Shown here piece after piece: positions 55,199-62,830 of a stretch of 64,000 bases of DNA. Source of the stretch: an uncultured Clostridia bacterium (lineage in GTDB: Bacteria > Bacillota > Clostridia > Christensenellales > UBA1242); contig CAKVOD010000001.1 of the NCBI GenBank assembly GCA_934778205.1, positions 59,037 to 123,036 of the forward strand, written 5' to 3'. The notes beneath the pieces were generated by a model. It was not told the origin of the DNA. It saw nothing but the letters and a program-made list of their open reading frames with translations, and did not search any database. Numbering within the stretch: position 1 is the first letter of the stretch; each line of letters opens with the position of its first letter. The position numbers were made by a program, and so were the translations under genes.

Positions 55199-55238
55199 TT
55201 GCGGGCTGAGCGAACCGCATTATAAATTACACTTAGGG
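55199..55238 (+). other. Non-coding block conserved with element A (candidate cis-acting site)
   Basis: ttgcgggctgagcgaaccgcattataaattacacttaggg matches the reverse complement of 4561-4600 at most positions, with one 1-nt indel. Confidence 0.55.
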
Positions 55239-55508
55239 GGTACGGAGACAACCACCATCGTGTTAAATTTGTGTCATTACCTCCCCTGAAACTAATGCAA
55301 TCGCGTTTGTTTTTCTCCTTTTGTGTTTATTTACTTCAAATTGTACTCTTAAAAATAATGTAACTCATTCCCATTTCTAAACAAACGCGCGGGCTGGGTG
55401 TCCCGATAACACGCCCACCATACACCCTGTTGGGTGGAAATCTTGCAAGATTGACAATGTGCCGTAGCGATTAAGACAAACAAAAAAAATAAATTATGAG
55501 GTGAAAAA

Positions 55509-55691
55509 ATGGCGTATTATAAAAGACGCACACAACGCAAAAAAAAGTCGAACAGAACAGAACTTGAAAAACTTGCATTTAATATGGGCAAAGTAGAACG
55601 CGGGCTAAATAATCCTAATAGCCGAGTATATGAGTCGTACAAAAATGGCAAAACTGGTAAAACGTCTAGTAAGAGAAAACCATTGATTTAG
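55509..55691 (+). CDS. Small highly basic conserved protein (60 aa)
   Basis: GAGGTG RBS. Homolog of 4285-4479. Confidence 0.65.
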   Translation: MAYYKRRTQRKKKSNRTELEKLAFNMGKVERGLNNPNSRVYESYKNGKTGKTSSKRKPLI

Positions 55692-55692
55692 T

Positions 55693-56019
55693 ATGGCTAA
55701 AAAACTATTACGAAAGCGCGAAGTGCGTACTGATTTAAACCCTAATCATTTTAATAAATATGGTAAACCGCATAACGCAATAATTAGCGCTAAACAGGGT
55801 CATAAATATAAAGCTAATACAATTACACATTCACAATTTGTCAATAGTGTTTTAACTTTAGATTTAGACGAAAATAACATACATATACCCTATAAAAAGC
55901 ATACACGCATTAGTCCACCTTTTTGGCAAAATGAAAATATGTTTGGAGAAAAACAAAATACGAAAGTTCCAAGAAGAATAATGCGTAAAATCAAGCACTA
56001 CAACAAAAAATTTAAATAA
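55693..56019 (+). CDS. Basic hypothetical protein
   Basis: 108 aa. The ATG lies 1 nt after the upstream stop. Confidence 0.55.
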   Translation: MAKKLLRKREVRTDLNPNHFNKYGKPHNAIISAKQGHKYKANTITHSQFVNSVLTLDLDENNIHIPYKKHTRISPPFWQNENMFGEKQNTKVPRRIMRKIKHYNKKFK

Positions 56020-56154
56020 AAAAAAGGGAAATTCAATACCCGAGCTGTGTTACCACAAGATGTCGACTTAACGACCATTTGAATTTCCTAGTACATTATA
56101 CACTAAAAAACAAATATTGTCAAGAGTTTGACAACAAAAAAAGGAAGGTAAAAA

Positions 56155-56274
56155 ATGAATACACAAATTAACACGTTAAACGAACAAATCAGACAACGCA
56201 GAACAAAGAAGTATGCGCTTGAGATGTTAGGTCTCAAAAAATCTACAAAGGGGGTAATTATTAATGCAGATTAA
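56155..56274 (+). CDS. Small ORF, 39 aa, overlapping the start of the SSB-like gene; absent from the ORF track
   Basis: Reads MNTQINTLNEQIRQRRTKKYALEMLGLKKSTKGVIINAD with AAGGAAGG RBS. Counterpart of 4144-4269. Confidence 0.4.
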   Translation: MNTQINTLNEQIRQRRTKKYALEMLGLKKSTKGVIINAD

Positions 56275-56701
56275 AGACGGAAAACTTATTTTGAGTGCGG
56301 GCGAAAAATTGTTCCCCGCAAAGTATCTAGGACACGAAATAGTCAAAGGCAACCGCAAGTCGGACAATACGCCGTACAACTACACAAAACATCGTTTTGA
56401 CTTAATTTTGACGCGTGTTGACGGCACAACATACACAAAGTTTTGTGAATGTCTGCTCGACCCTAACGAAAAATTGAGAATTGCCCCATATTCAAATGTA
56501 TATGTTGTATTTAGCATAATGAACAACCCGCTAAAAGCCCCAACGGCAATTTACTTTGTGCCACGTCACGAGGACCCCAAAGCGCCGGAAGTTCCAGAAG
56601 GTGGAGTTTTAGAACCCACAATCCCAGATGAAGAATTGCCCCCAATGCCAACCTCTGAGAGTATAACCCCCGTTGTAGACGACGAACACATACCATTTTA
56701 A
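56264..56701 (+). CDS. Putative ssDNA-binding protein with a bacterial-SSB-like disordered linker and acidic IPF tip
   Basis: About 95 aa of globular N-terminus, then a Pro/Glu-rich linker (PRHEDPKAPEVPEGGVLEPTIPDEELPPMPTSE) ending ...VVDDEHIPF. Compare the DDDIPF/DDDLPF tips of bacterial SSBs. Confidence 0.55.
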   Translation: MQIKDGKLILSAGEKLFPAKYLGHEIVKGNRKSDNTPYNYTKHRFDLILTRVDGTTYTKFCECLLDPNEKLRIAPYSNVYVVFSIMNNPLKAPTAIYFVPRHEDPKAPEVPEGGVLEPTIPDEELPPMPTSESITPVVDDEHIPF

Positions 56702-56984
56702 CAACTAAGGTACACAAGACAAGCCACAAAGCAATACCCGCGTCAGCCACTTGAGGGGTATGGGGGTGCGCCCCCATTGTTGCAAAACAACGCGTAACAC
56801 GAAGATAGAATGTGCCACTCCCCAAACGACGCAAACATCCGTGTAGGCACGACCCCCACCGCCCTATCTAGCCATAGAACGCGGTAAAACCTCCCGACGT
56901 CGTCGAAACAAAGGACGTCCACAACGGCAAATGCCGTGTACCATTTCCCCTCTCATCCCATTATATTAATAAGATTTAAAAGGA
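56702..56984 (+). other. GC-rich structured non-coding region (candidate origin or packaging region of element B)
   Basis: 283 bp with no supported ORF. Hairpins atggggg-tgcg-cccccat (56760-56777) and acggca-aa-tgccgt (56923-56936), palindrome cgacgtcg. Visibly more G+C than the flanking genes. Confidence 0.5.
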
Positions 56985-56993
56985 GTGAAAACA

Positions 56994-57188
56994 ATGATAA
57001 AACTAATATTAACCATAGTTGCAATAATAGCATTGTACCTATTATTCGGTGGCATAGTGTTTAACTTGTTATCATCCTTTTTTGACATACTGGCCACGGC
57101 AACCCGCTGGCTAGGAAAGATAGTCGACTGGTACGGGGTAACACCGCTACTATCTAATTTACAAATGATTGCCCCACAAAATCTATAA
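56994..57188 (+). CDS. Small hydrophobic protein, 64 aa (coat or membrane protein candidate)
   Basis: ATG lies 8 nt after AGGAG (the track start at 56985 is a GTG). MIKLILTIVAIIALYLLFGGIVFNLLSSFFDILATATRWLGKIVDWYGV... is homologous to 3131-3295. Confidence 0.65.
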   Translation: MIKLILTIVAIIALYLLFGGIVFNLLSSFFDILATATRWLGKIVDWYGVTPLLSNLQMIAPQNL

Positions 57189-57199
57189 AGGAGTAAAAA

Positions 57200-59221
57200 A
57201 TGGAATTAAAAAAAGTGCTAATTTGGGCAGTAGTGATTGCATTGCTTGGCTTAATTTTTGCGTTTACATTTACAACCGCAAAAGACCTTATTGACAAGTC
57301 GGGTAAAACATCCGCTGAAATCGGAATGGACGCAATTAACGACGGGCTATCTGGCAAAACAAATGGTGGTGTCCTTGACCCACAAATTAAAAAAGAAACT
57401 GCCGAACCTACTGCCCCGAAATTGAGTGATGAAGTTAATACGATGTATTATCAAGAAAATTCACTCGGCGTAACTATTTACTACGTATTAAAGACCGAAG
57501 AAAATGGCAAGATTAAAACCATATATCCAAACTTGTTCTTTCGCAAAACGGATAATGGGCTAATGCTAGACGGCGTCGCAAATGCGTCTCTCGAAACTAA
57601 AAAAGGCTATAATTTTGACGGCATTTCTTTAGATGTAGATTTTACGACTAAGCCAAAACTTGTGACAACATCGCAGTCAAAAAATATTTATAAACTTTAT
57701 GAATATCAAAATGTTGCATCTATAACTGACACACATTGCTACTATTGGAAGAATTACGACAATAGCCGTTATTTTACCGGACCTAGTAAAAAAGAGCAAA
57801 AGAAATGTGCCGAAATCGTCGGTACTGCAGTCGGCGAAATTATTGAAAAGTATTTTACCAATATATTTGGCTGGGGATTGATTTTGCAGTCAAACACTAA
57901 AGATAATCAATTGCAAAACTTTAAACGTTATACCTCATACTTGTGGAACTGCTTGCCTGAAAGCAAAGTAAGTGAGCACGCATCTACAAGCGCAATAGCA
58001 GATGTAACCGATTTGTTTGCAAAAATGATACCAACAGCATTGCAAAAAAATTATCCTGTACCTGATTCTAAAAAGGTTGAACTTGGTATTGATTATTTTA
58101 GGTTCTATAATGTCAATAAGTTTATTGATGTACGCTATAGTTATGTTGGTACTGCATATAAGCCAATGTCGAAACCCGATAGAACGACCATAGAGACCGA
58201 AACAAACTATCCAAAAGTTACCCCGCCAAAGGTAACAAGGATGTTAACAACCGTAAAACTTGTTAACTCAACAGGTGTTTCATTAACTGGTGTTGACTTT
58301 GTTACTAACCCTGTAACAATAGACTTTAAAGCAGACAATAACACCGCACAAGTTATATTTGACAGTGTCGATGATGTTATAACAAGTCAAAATGTTGTGC
58401 TTAATGTCAATACAAAGTATACATATAGCATAACATCATCATATTTGTGCTTTGCGTCATTTACTGGTACAGTTACAACAAGTGATAAAGCGCAAACGCT
58501 ATCATTTGACTACACATATGAAAATGGAGCAGTTGTTGCATATCTAGGGCTAAATGCCGTTGGTACAATTGATTTTAATACAATCAATTTGGCGCATACG
58601 CCTGTAAAAATAACGCTTTCGAGTGGTCAATCGGTTACTTGGAACAAAAACGAATATTTTGATGTTAAGTACTCGCTATTGCTACCTATCGGCGAAATCG
58701 AGTATACAATCTTATCAGACGGCTTAACATTTGCATCAACTACTGGCAAATTTACAATAGACGCACAAAATCGCATACAGTTGTTTAACTGTGGTATGAG
58801 TGTAGAACCTGACATTGTTTTGAGCGTCGGGACTGAGGACGCATCTTGTTCTATTGATAGCACTAATATAATATTGCTATATGCACGTGCTGATGAATTT
58901 AGCGAATTTACAAATGCGGGGTATAACCTATCTGCGTATTTGTATGATGGCGAAACTCAATATGCATTGACAAGTTGTCAACCCCCTTCTGGTGGTGCAA
59001 GTCTTGTAAATACTGCAAAAATATGTTTTGAATTACCATCCAATTTTGATACCACCGCATATGGCGCTGACTATCATATATACAAATTACAATTAAAGTT
59101 ATCTAATGGTTCAAAAGTATATTTGTCAAATTTAGTCGACTTTAAACAATATTATTGTGATGAAAATCATAATGTCCGCCGAACAAGTTTTTCAGATATT
59201 CAATTCAACATAACACTATAA
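57200..59221 (+). CDS. Large N-terminally membrane-anchored protein (putative adsorption / pIII-like minor coat protein)
   Basis: 673 aa with TM VLIWAVVIALLGLIFAFTF and AAGGAG RBS. The position after the small hydrophobic ORF is typical of inovirus receptor-binding proteins. No recognisable motif. Confidence 0.55.
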   Translation: MELKKVLIWAVVIALLGLIFAFTFTTAKDLIDKSGKTSAEIGMDAINDGLSGKTNGGVLDPQIKKETAEPTAPKLSDEVNTMYYQENSLGVTIYYVLKTEENGKIKTIYPNLFFRKTDNGLMLDGVANASLETKKGYNFDGISLDVDFTTKPKLVTTSQSKNIYKLYEYQNVASITDTHCYYWKNYDNSRYFTGPSKKEQKKCAEIVGTAVGEIIEKYFTNIFGWGLILQSNTKDNQLQNFKRYTSYLWNCLPESKVSEHASTSAIADVTDLFAKMIPTALQKNYPVPDSKKVELGIDYFRFYNVNKFIDVRYSYVGTAYKPMSKPDRTTIETETNYPKVTPPKVTRMLTTVKLVNSTGVSLTGVDFVTNPVTIDFKADNNTAQVIFDSVDDVITSQNVVLNVNTKYTYSITSSYLCFASFTGTVTTSDKAQTLSFDYTYENGAVVAYLGLNAVGTIDFNTINLAHTPVKITLSSGQSVTWNKNEYFDVKYSLLLPIGEIEYTILSDGLTFASTTGKFTIDAQNRIQLFNCGMSVEPDIVLSVGTEDASCSIDSTNIILLYARADEFSEFTNAGYNLSAYLYDGETQYALTSCQPPSGGASLVNTAKICFELPSNFDTTAYGADYHIYKLQLKLSNGSKVYLSNLVDFKQYYCDENHNVRRTSFSDIQFNITL

Positions 59222-59248
59222 AATACATAAACAAGGAGATTAAAAACT

Positions 59249-59854
59249 ATGTATAACAGTTCAAAAAATATTTTTACTGGCATACTATGCTTTGTCGTAG
59301 TGGCCGCAATTCTAGTAGGCGCGTTGTTCGCCTGTGGAGTCTTTAAAAAAGACACAACAACTGGCACGAAATTGCCAATCGTATACCCTGACAAAAACAT
59401 TAACTGGGTACAAGTAAATGACACAACTTTGCGTGCGTCATTCAATGACCAACTCAACATTAATCCTAAGCAAAAAAGTATTATTATTACAATGTATGTC
59501 AATGACATTAGTGAGAAAATCACAATGTATTTGACTCAAAGCGAAACGAATAACGAACTTAGTTATGAGGTATGGCATCGTGATGGCGGCGTCAATGGTT
59601 ACGAACAATTTGGCATTTATGATAAAGCCACTGAAACTGAACAAAGCTATCGTATAAAAGTTGTTATGTACAACAACGCCACACTTACCGACGCTGGAGA
59701 TGTAACATCTGGAAAAGGTTTTGTGCTTGAATTTGGCGGATTTGATAAAGTCACGAACAATGATAGTGGTGACGTTTACACACCTGTAGCCATTGAGAAA
59801 ATCAAGATTACAGCAATTTACCAACAAGGCGACAATGACAAGTTGCTTGCCTAA
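59249..59854 (+). CDS. N-terminally membrane-anchored protein (virion or assembly candidate)
   Basis: 201 aa with TM ILCFVVVAAILVGALFACGVF and AAGGAG RBS. Confidence 0.6.
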   Translation: MYNSSKNIFTGILCFVVVAAILVGALFACGVFKKDTTTGTKLPIVYPDKNINWVQVNDTTLRASFNDQLNINPKQKSIIITMYVNDISEKITMYLTQSETNNELSYEVWHRDGGVNGYEQFGIYDKATETEQSYRIKVVMYNNATLTDAGDVTSGKGFVLEFGGFDKVTNNDSGDVYTPVAIEKIKITAIYQQGDNDKLLA

Positions 59855-59870
59855 ACAACAATAAAAGTAC

Positions 59871-59890
59871 AAAGGGGAGTTTTCCCCTTT
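59871..59890 (+). terminator. Hairpin (attenuator or terminator-like) upstream of the Zot-like gene
   Basis: Stem aaagggga/tccccttt with a 4-nt loop and short T-tract. Confidence 0.45.
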
Positions 59891-59912
59891 TGTCATATAT
59901 GGAGTTTTTAGA

Positions 59913-60854
59913 ATGATAACAATAATTTGTGGCGCGCCCGGGGCTGGCAAAACGGCACTAATGACATATTTTGCGCTTGAATATCTTAACTATGATATTG
60001 ATTATTTGTCTTGCCTTGACAAGATAGCGCAATATAATCGACAAGGCTTTAATTTGTCCACCCCGCAACACCTTGTGTTTTCTGACTGGAAAATTGCTTG
60101 TAACTCGCAAACGCTTGGTAATTGTGAAAGTTATTTTTGCAACGGGTTTTATATTGGTATGCCAAACAATCAACATCGCACAATGTTTTTGCCCCCATAT
60201 AGCAAGATATTTTTGTCAGAGGCACAACGTTATTATGATAGTCGCAAATATGAGTCACTATCTGATTTTGTTAGTCAACTATATGAGCAACACCGCCACT
60301 GGGGTATGCAAATATTCCTTGACTGCCAACGCCCTACCCTTGTTGACCTCAACATCCGTGGACTAGCAACACGCATATTGTATGTTACTAACCTTAGGCA
60401 CGACATTGACACGTATGGGCGCATAGTATCATCCACGTGGACGTGCAAGCAGTTTGGCAACATATATGATTTTGACAACTTTTTGCAAAATGCCAAAACT
60501 GACATTGGCGAACCTGTAGAGTTCACGTATAGCAACAAAGTTATTGTATCTCAACCGCTACAATTTCGAGATACGCCAAAGTTTGTAAATGTCACAAACT
60601 ATCGTGTAGTGAAAAACAAAAGCGTTGTGCAGTTCCCTTGTGATATATTTGCTAGTTATAACAGCACAAACAAGGAAAGCGCGTTTTTGCGTGGACGTCA
60701 ACGTTGTGATTTTTCATTGTATACACACCCAACCGATGATGCATACATAACCGAACTTGATGACATTTATAGTTGCGAGGCGCCCCGCACGTTCTACAAA
60801 CTCAAAGACAAAGACTTGCAAAAATTAGAAAAAGGAAAGGTATTGACAATATGA
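59913..60854 (+). CDS. Zot/pI-like P-loop morphogenesis ATPase
   Basis: MITIICGAPGAGKTALMTYF (Walker A) and IFLSEAQ (Walker-B-like). Homolog of 603-1409. Confidence 0.78.
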   Translation: MITIICGAPGAGKTALMTYFALEYLNYDIDYLSCLDKIAQYNRQGFNLSTPQHLVFSDWKIACNSQTLGNCESYFCNGFYIGMPNNQHRTMFLPPYSKIFLSEAQRYYDSRKYESLSDFVSQLYEQHRHWGMQIFLDCQRPTLVDLNIRGLATRILYVTNLRHDIDTYGRIVSSTWTCKQFGNIYDFDNFLQNAKTDIGEPVEFTYSNKVIVSQPLQFRDTPKFVNVTNYRVVKNKSVVQFPCDIFASYNSTNKESAFLRGRQRCDFSLYTHPTDDAYITELDDIYSCEAPRTFYKLKDKDLQKLEKGKVLTI

Positions 60855-61333
60855 TTAATATACACAGTGAGTTTGACGACCTTATCCGCGAATATATAGA
60901 ACGCTTTGCCGAACTTGCCGGGAACTCCCGCGTACTTGTGCAAACGTTTTACAAGAAAGTTGACAAGCAAATAACAAAGCGTTTCGAGTTCGAAAACAAA
61001 ATCTTGCGAAAACTTGATAAATATCGCTATAAAGTCATCAAACAAGACATACGACGCGAATATGGTTGGTGGGCGCGATTTAAGCGTTGGATGCGCGGAA
61101 AGCGAACACGCGCGCGCACCGACGCTGAGTGCCCGCCAACTAAAGACGCCCCAAAAGTCGAAAGTTCCGCATTGCTCGACAAGGTTACCAACCTAACACA
61201 AACAGTTGCAAAGATACAACAATCTATACAACCCGAAATGTTAGAACAACAACCTATAGAATCGCAAATGATTAATAACAGTAATCAACTGCAAATTGAG
61301 CAAGCGACGTATGAATTAGAACAAGATAATTAG
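60851..61333 (+). CDS. Hypothetical protein with basic centre and Gln-rich tail
   Basis: ATGA overlap with the Zot-like stop; MINIHSEFDDLIREY... The longer track ORF starts inside the Zot-like gene. Confidence 0.55.
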   Translation: MINIHSEFDDLIREYIERFAELAGNSRVLVQTFYKKVDKQITKRFEFENKILRKLDKYRYKVIKQDIRREYGWWARFKRWMRGKRTRARTDAECPPTKDAPKVESSALLDKVTNLTQTVAKIQQSIQPEMLEQQPIESQMINNSNQLQIEQATYELEQDN

Positions 61334-61415
61334 ACGCGCAAGCAAAAAAAATCTTGTGTTCATACATAAGAATTAAATGCCCCATTTTTTGAATGGTGGA
61401 AAGGATGTGGCATAG

Positions 61416-62345
61416 ATGAAATATCACGATTTCATCGACAAAAGAAAATTAAATATAAGTACAATAATACCTGCATTGCAAGACGCTGGTTTCGACAAAA
61501 AAGCCGACCACATACTGCAGTGCGGAAATCGTCGGTTCTTTGGCGTGTGCAAAGAATGTGGCGCAACACATTTCAACGGCGTGCTTGCGTGCAAACAACG
61601 CTTTTGCGCAGTGTGCCAAAAGAAACGCAGTTTACTTTGGTATATGAGGATGTTACCATTGTTCAAATACTATATGGCGCAAGGCAACAAAATTGTTTTT
61701 GTTACCTTTACAGTTAAAGATACCGAAAAACTAACAGACGGATTAAATTATCTACAAGATGCGTTCCGCTTAATGATAGGAAAAGGCAACAAAATAACAA
61801 AAGCATTTAACTGCTTATTCCTTGGTGGTGTGCGTTCAATTGAAATCAAGCGCGGTGCAAACTCGGGCTTGTGGCATCCACACGCCCACTGTTTATTTAT
61901 AAAACGAGATAACAACCCTTTTAAAGAAGATTTTGAGTTCTTGCGCAGTGTCTGGAATGATTGTCTTTGCACTGTTCACGGCGAACGCGCAAAATGGGGT
62001 TCAGTGGACTACAAGGCAATAAAAGTACTAAACGACGGATGTAAAGCAATTTGCGAATGTTTTAAGTACTCTACAAAATTCGATTGGCAAAATAATACGG
62101 ACGACGTCAAAGAACTTGTGGAAAGTTTGCACCGCCAACACTTAATTGTGCCATTTGGCGAAGTTCGAAAAGACTTGAACGAAAATTCAGTCGAACACGA
62201 CTTAATTTTGCCATACACACAATTGAAAAAACAATTTTGCGCAGTTTGTGGCAACGATTCATTTGACGAAATCTATATGGACGCGCACGACTGCAATAAA
62301 CTAATAAACATTTATGATTTTATGTCGGAGGATAACGAAGAATGA
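61416..62345 (+). CDS. Rolling-circle replication initiator, HUH superfamily, pC194/pUB110 (Rep_1)-like
   Basis: Motif 1 VFVTFTV, HUH motif GLWHPHAHCLFI, and active-site motif E-C-F-K-Y-S-T-K (E-x-x-K-Y as in pC194 RepA). N-terminal Cys cluster CGNRRFFGVCKECG...CKQRFCAVCQKKR. Confidence 0.75.
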   Translation: MKYHDFIDKRKLNISTIIPALQDAGFDKKADHILQCGNRRFFGVCKECGATHFNGVLACKQRFCAVCQKKRSLLWYMRMLPLFKYYMAQGNKIVFVTFTVKDTEKLTDGLNYLQDAFRLMIGKGNKITKAFNCLFLGGVRSIEIKRGANSGLWHPHAHCLFIKRDNNPFKEDFEFLRSVWNDCLCTVHGERAKWGSVDYKAIKVLNDGCKAICECFKYSTKFDWQNNTDDVKELVESLHRQHLIVPFGEVRKDLNENSVEHDLILPYTQLKKQFCAVCGNDSFDEIYMDAHDCNKLINIYDFMSEDNEE

Positions 62346-62674
62346 TTAAAAACGTAACAGAACGCAACGCATTGCGTTTGCTTGGACAACGCGATATGTT
62401 GTATAAAGTAATAACAACCCTTGCAGAACGTCGCAAACGAATAACTATACCATTTCGCTATAATGAAATAAACGACCTACTCGGCAAAATGGTGCAGGAC
62501 TTGGAACGACAGGAAAACAAGCAACAAGTGCGCGAATACTTAACAACCCGCGAACAACTTGAGTATGATAACTACACAACAAGTTTTGCCCGCTATGCCG
62601 TCAAGCACGTGCAAAACATTGAATACGCGCAAATGTTGCTTTGCCCTGATACATTAGTTAGTAAAATCAAGTGA
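62342..62674 (+). CDS. Hypothetical protein
   Basis: 110 aa with ATGA overlap onto the Rep stop. Confidence 0.55.
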   Translation: MIKNVTERNALRLLGQRDMLYKVITTLAERRKRITIPFRYNEINDLLGKMVQDLERQENKQQVREYLTTREQLEYDNYTTSFARYAVKHVQNIEYAQMLLCPDTLVSKIK

Positions 62675-62708
62675 CCTTTGGTCCAAAATAAAAAAGGGTC
62701 AAAAAACA

Positions 62709-62750
62709 AAACAAGCCACTTGTCAAAAGTGGCTTGTTTGCTATGTTTTT
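62709..62750. terminator. Bidirectional terminator (last phage gene / tRNA-Arg)
   Basis: 12-bp stem aaacaagccact/agtggcttgttt with T-runs on both strands. Confidence 0.65.
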
Positions 62751-62753
62751 GGC

Positions 62754-62830
62754 TGGTGCGTCCTAAGAGATTCGAACTCCTGACCTTTGGTTCCGTAGAC
62801 CAACGCTCTATCCAGCTGAGCTAAGGACGC
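62754..62830 (-). tRNA. tRNA-Arg (anticodon ACG)
   Basis: The reverse complement folds as GCGTCCT TA GCTC AGCTGGATA GAGC G TTGGT CTACGGA ACCAA AGGTC AGGAG TTCGAAT CTCTT AGGACGC A CCA. All four stems pair; anticodon is ACG. Confidence 0.93.

Larger units (their letters stand above)
52363..62798 (+). mobile_element. Inovirus-like (filamentous ssDNA phage-like) prophage B integrated in tRNA-Arg(ACG), about 10.4 kb
   Basis: Exact 45-bp direct repeats at 52363-52407 and 62754-62798 (anticodon loop to CCA of the tRNA). Integrase and repressor on the minus strand, then a plus-strand operon with an SSB-like protein, small hydrophobic proteins, Zot/pI-like ATPase and HUH Rep. No host REP-like repeats seen inside. 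Confidence 0.85.

Noticed and set aside
56511-56834. 107-aa minus-strand ORF across the end of the SSB-like gene and the GC-rich gap
   Set aside because: It is antisense to a conserved gene, has no RBS, and its Arg/Leu/Gly-rich translation is typical of GC-rich non-coding DNA.
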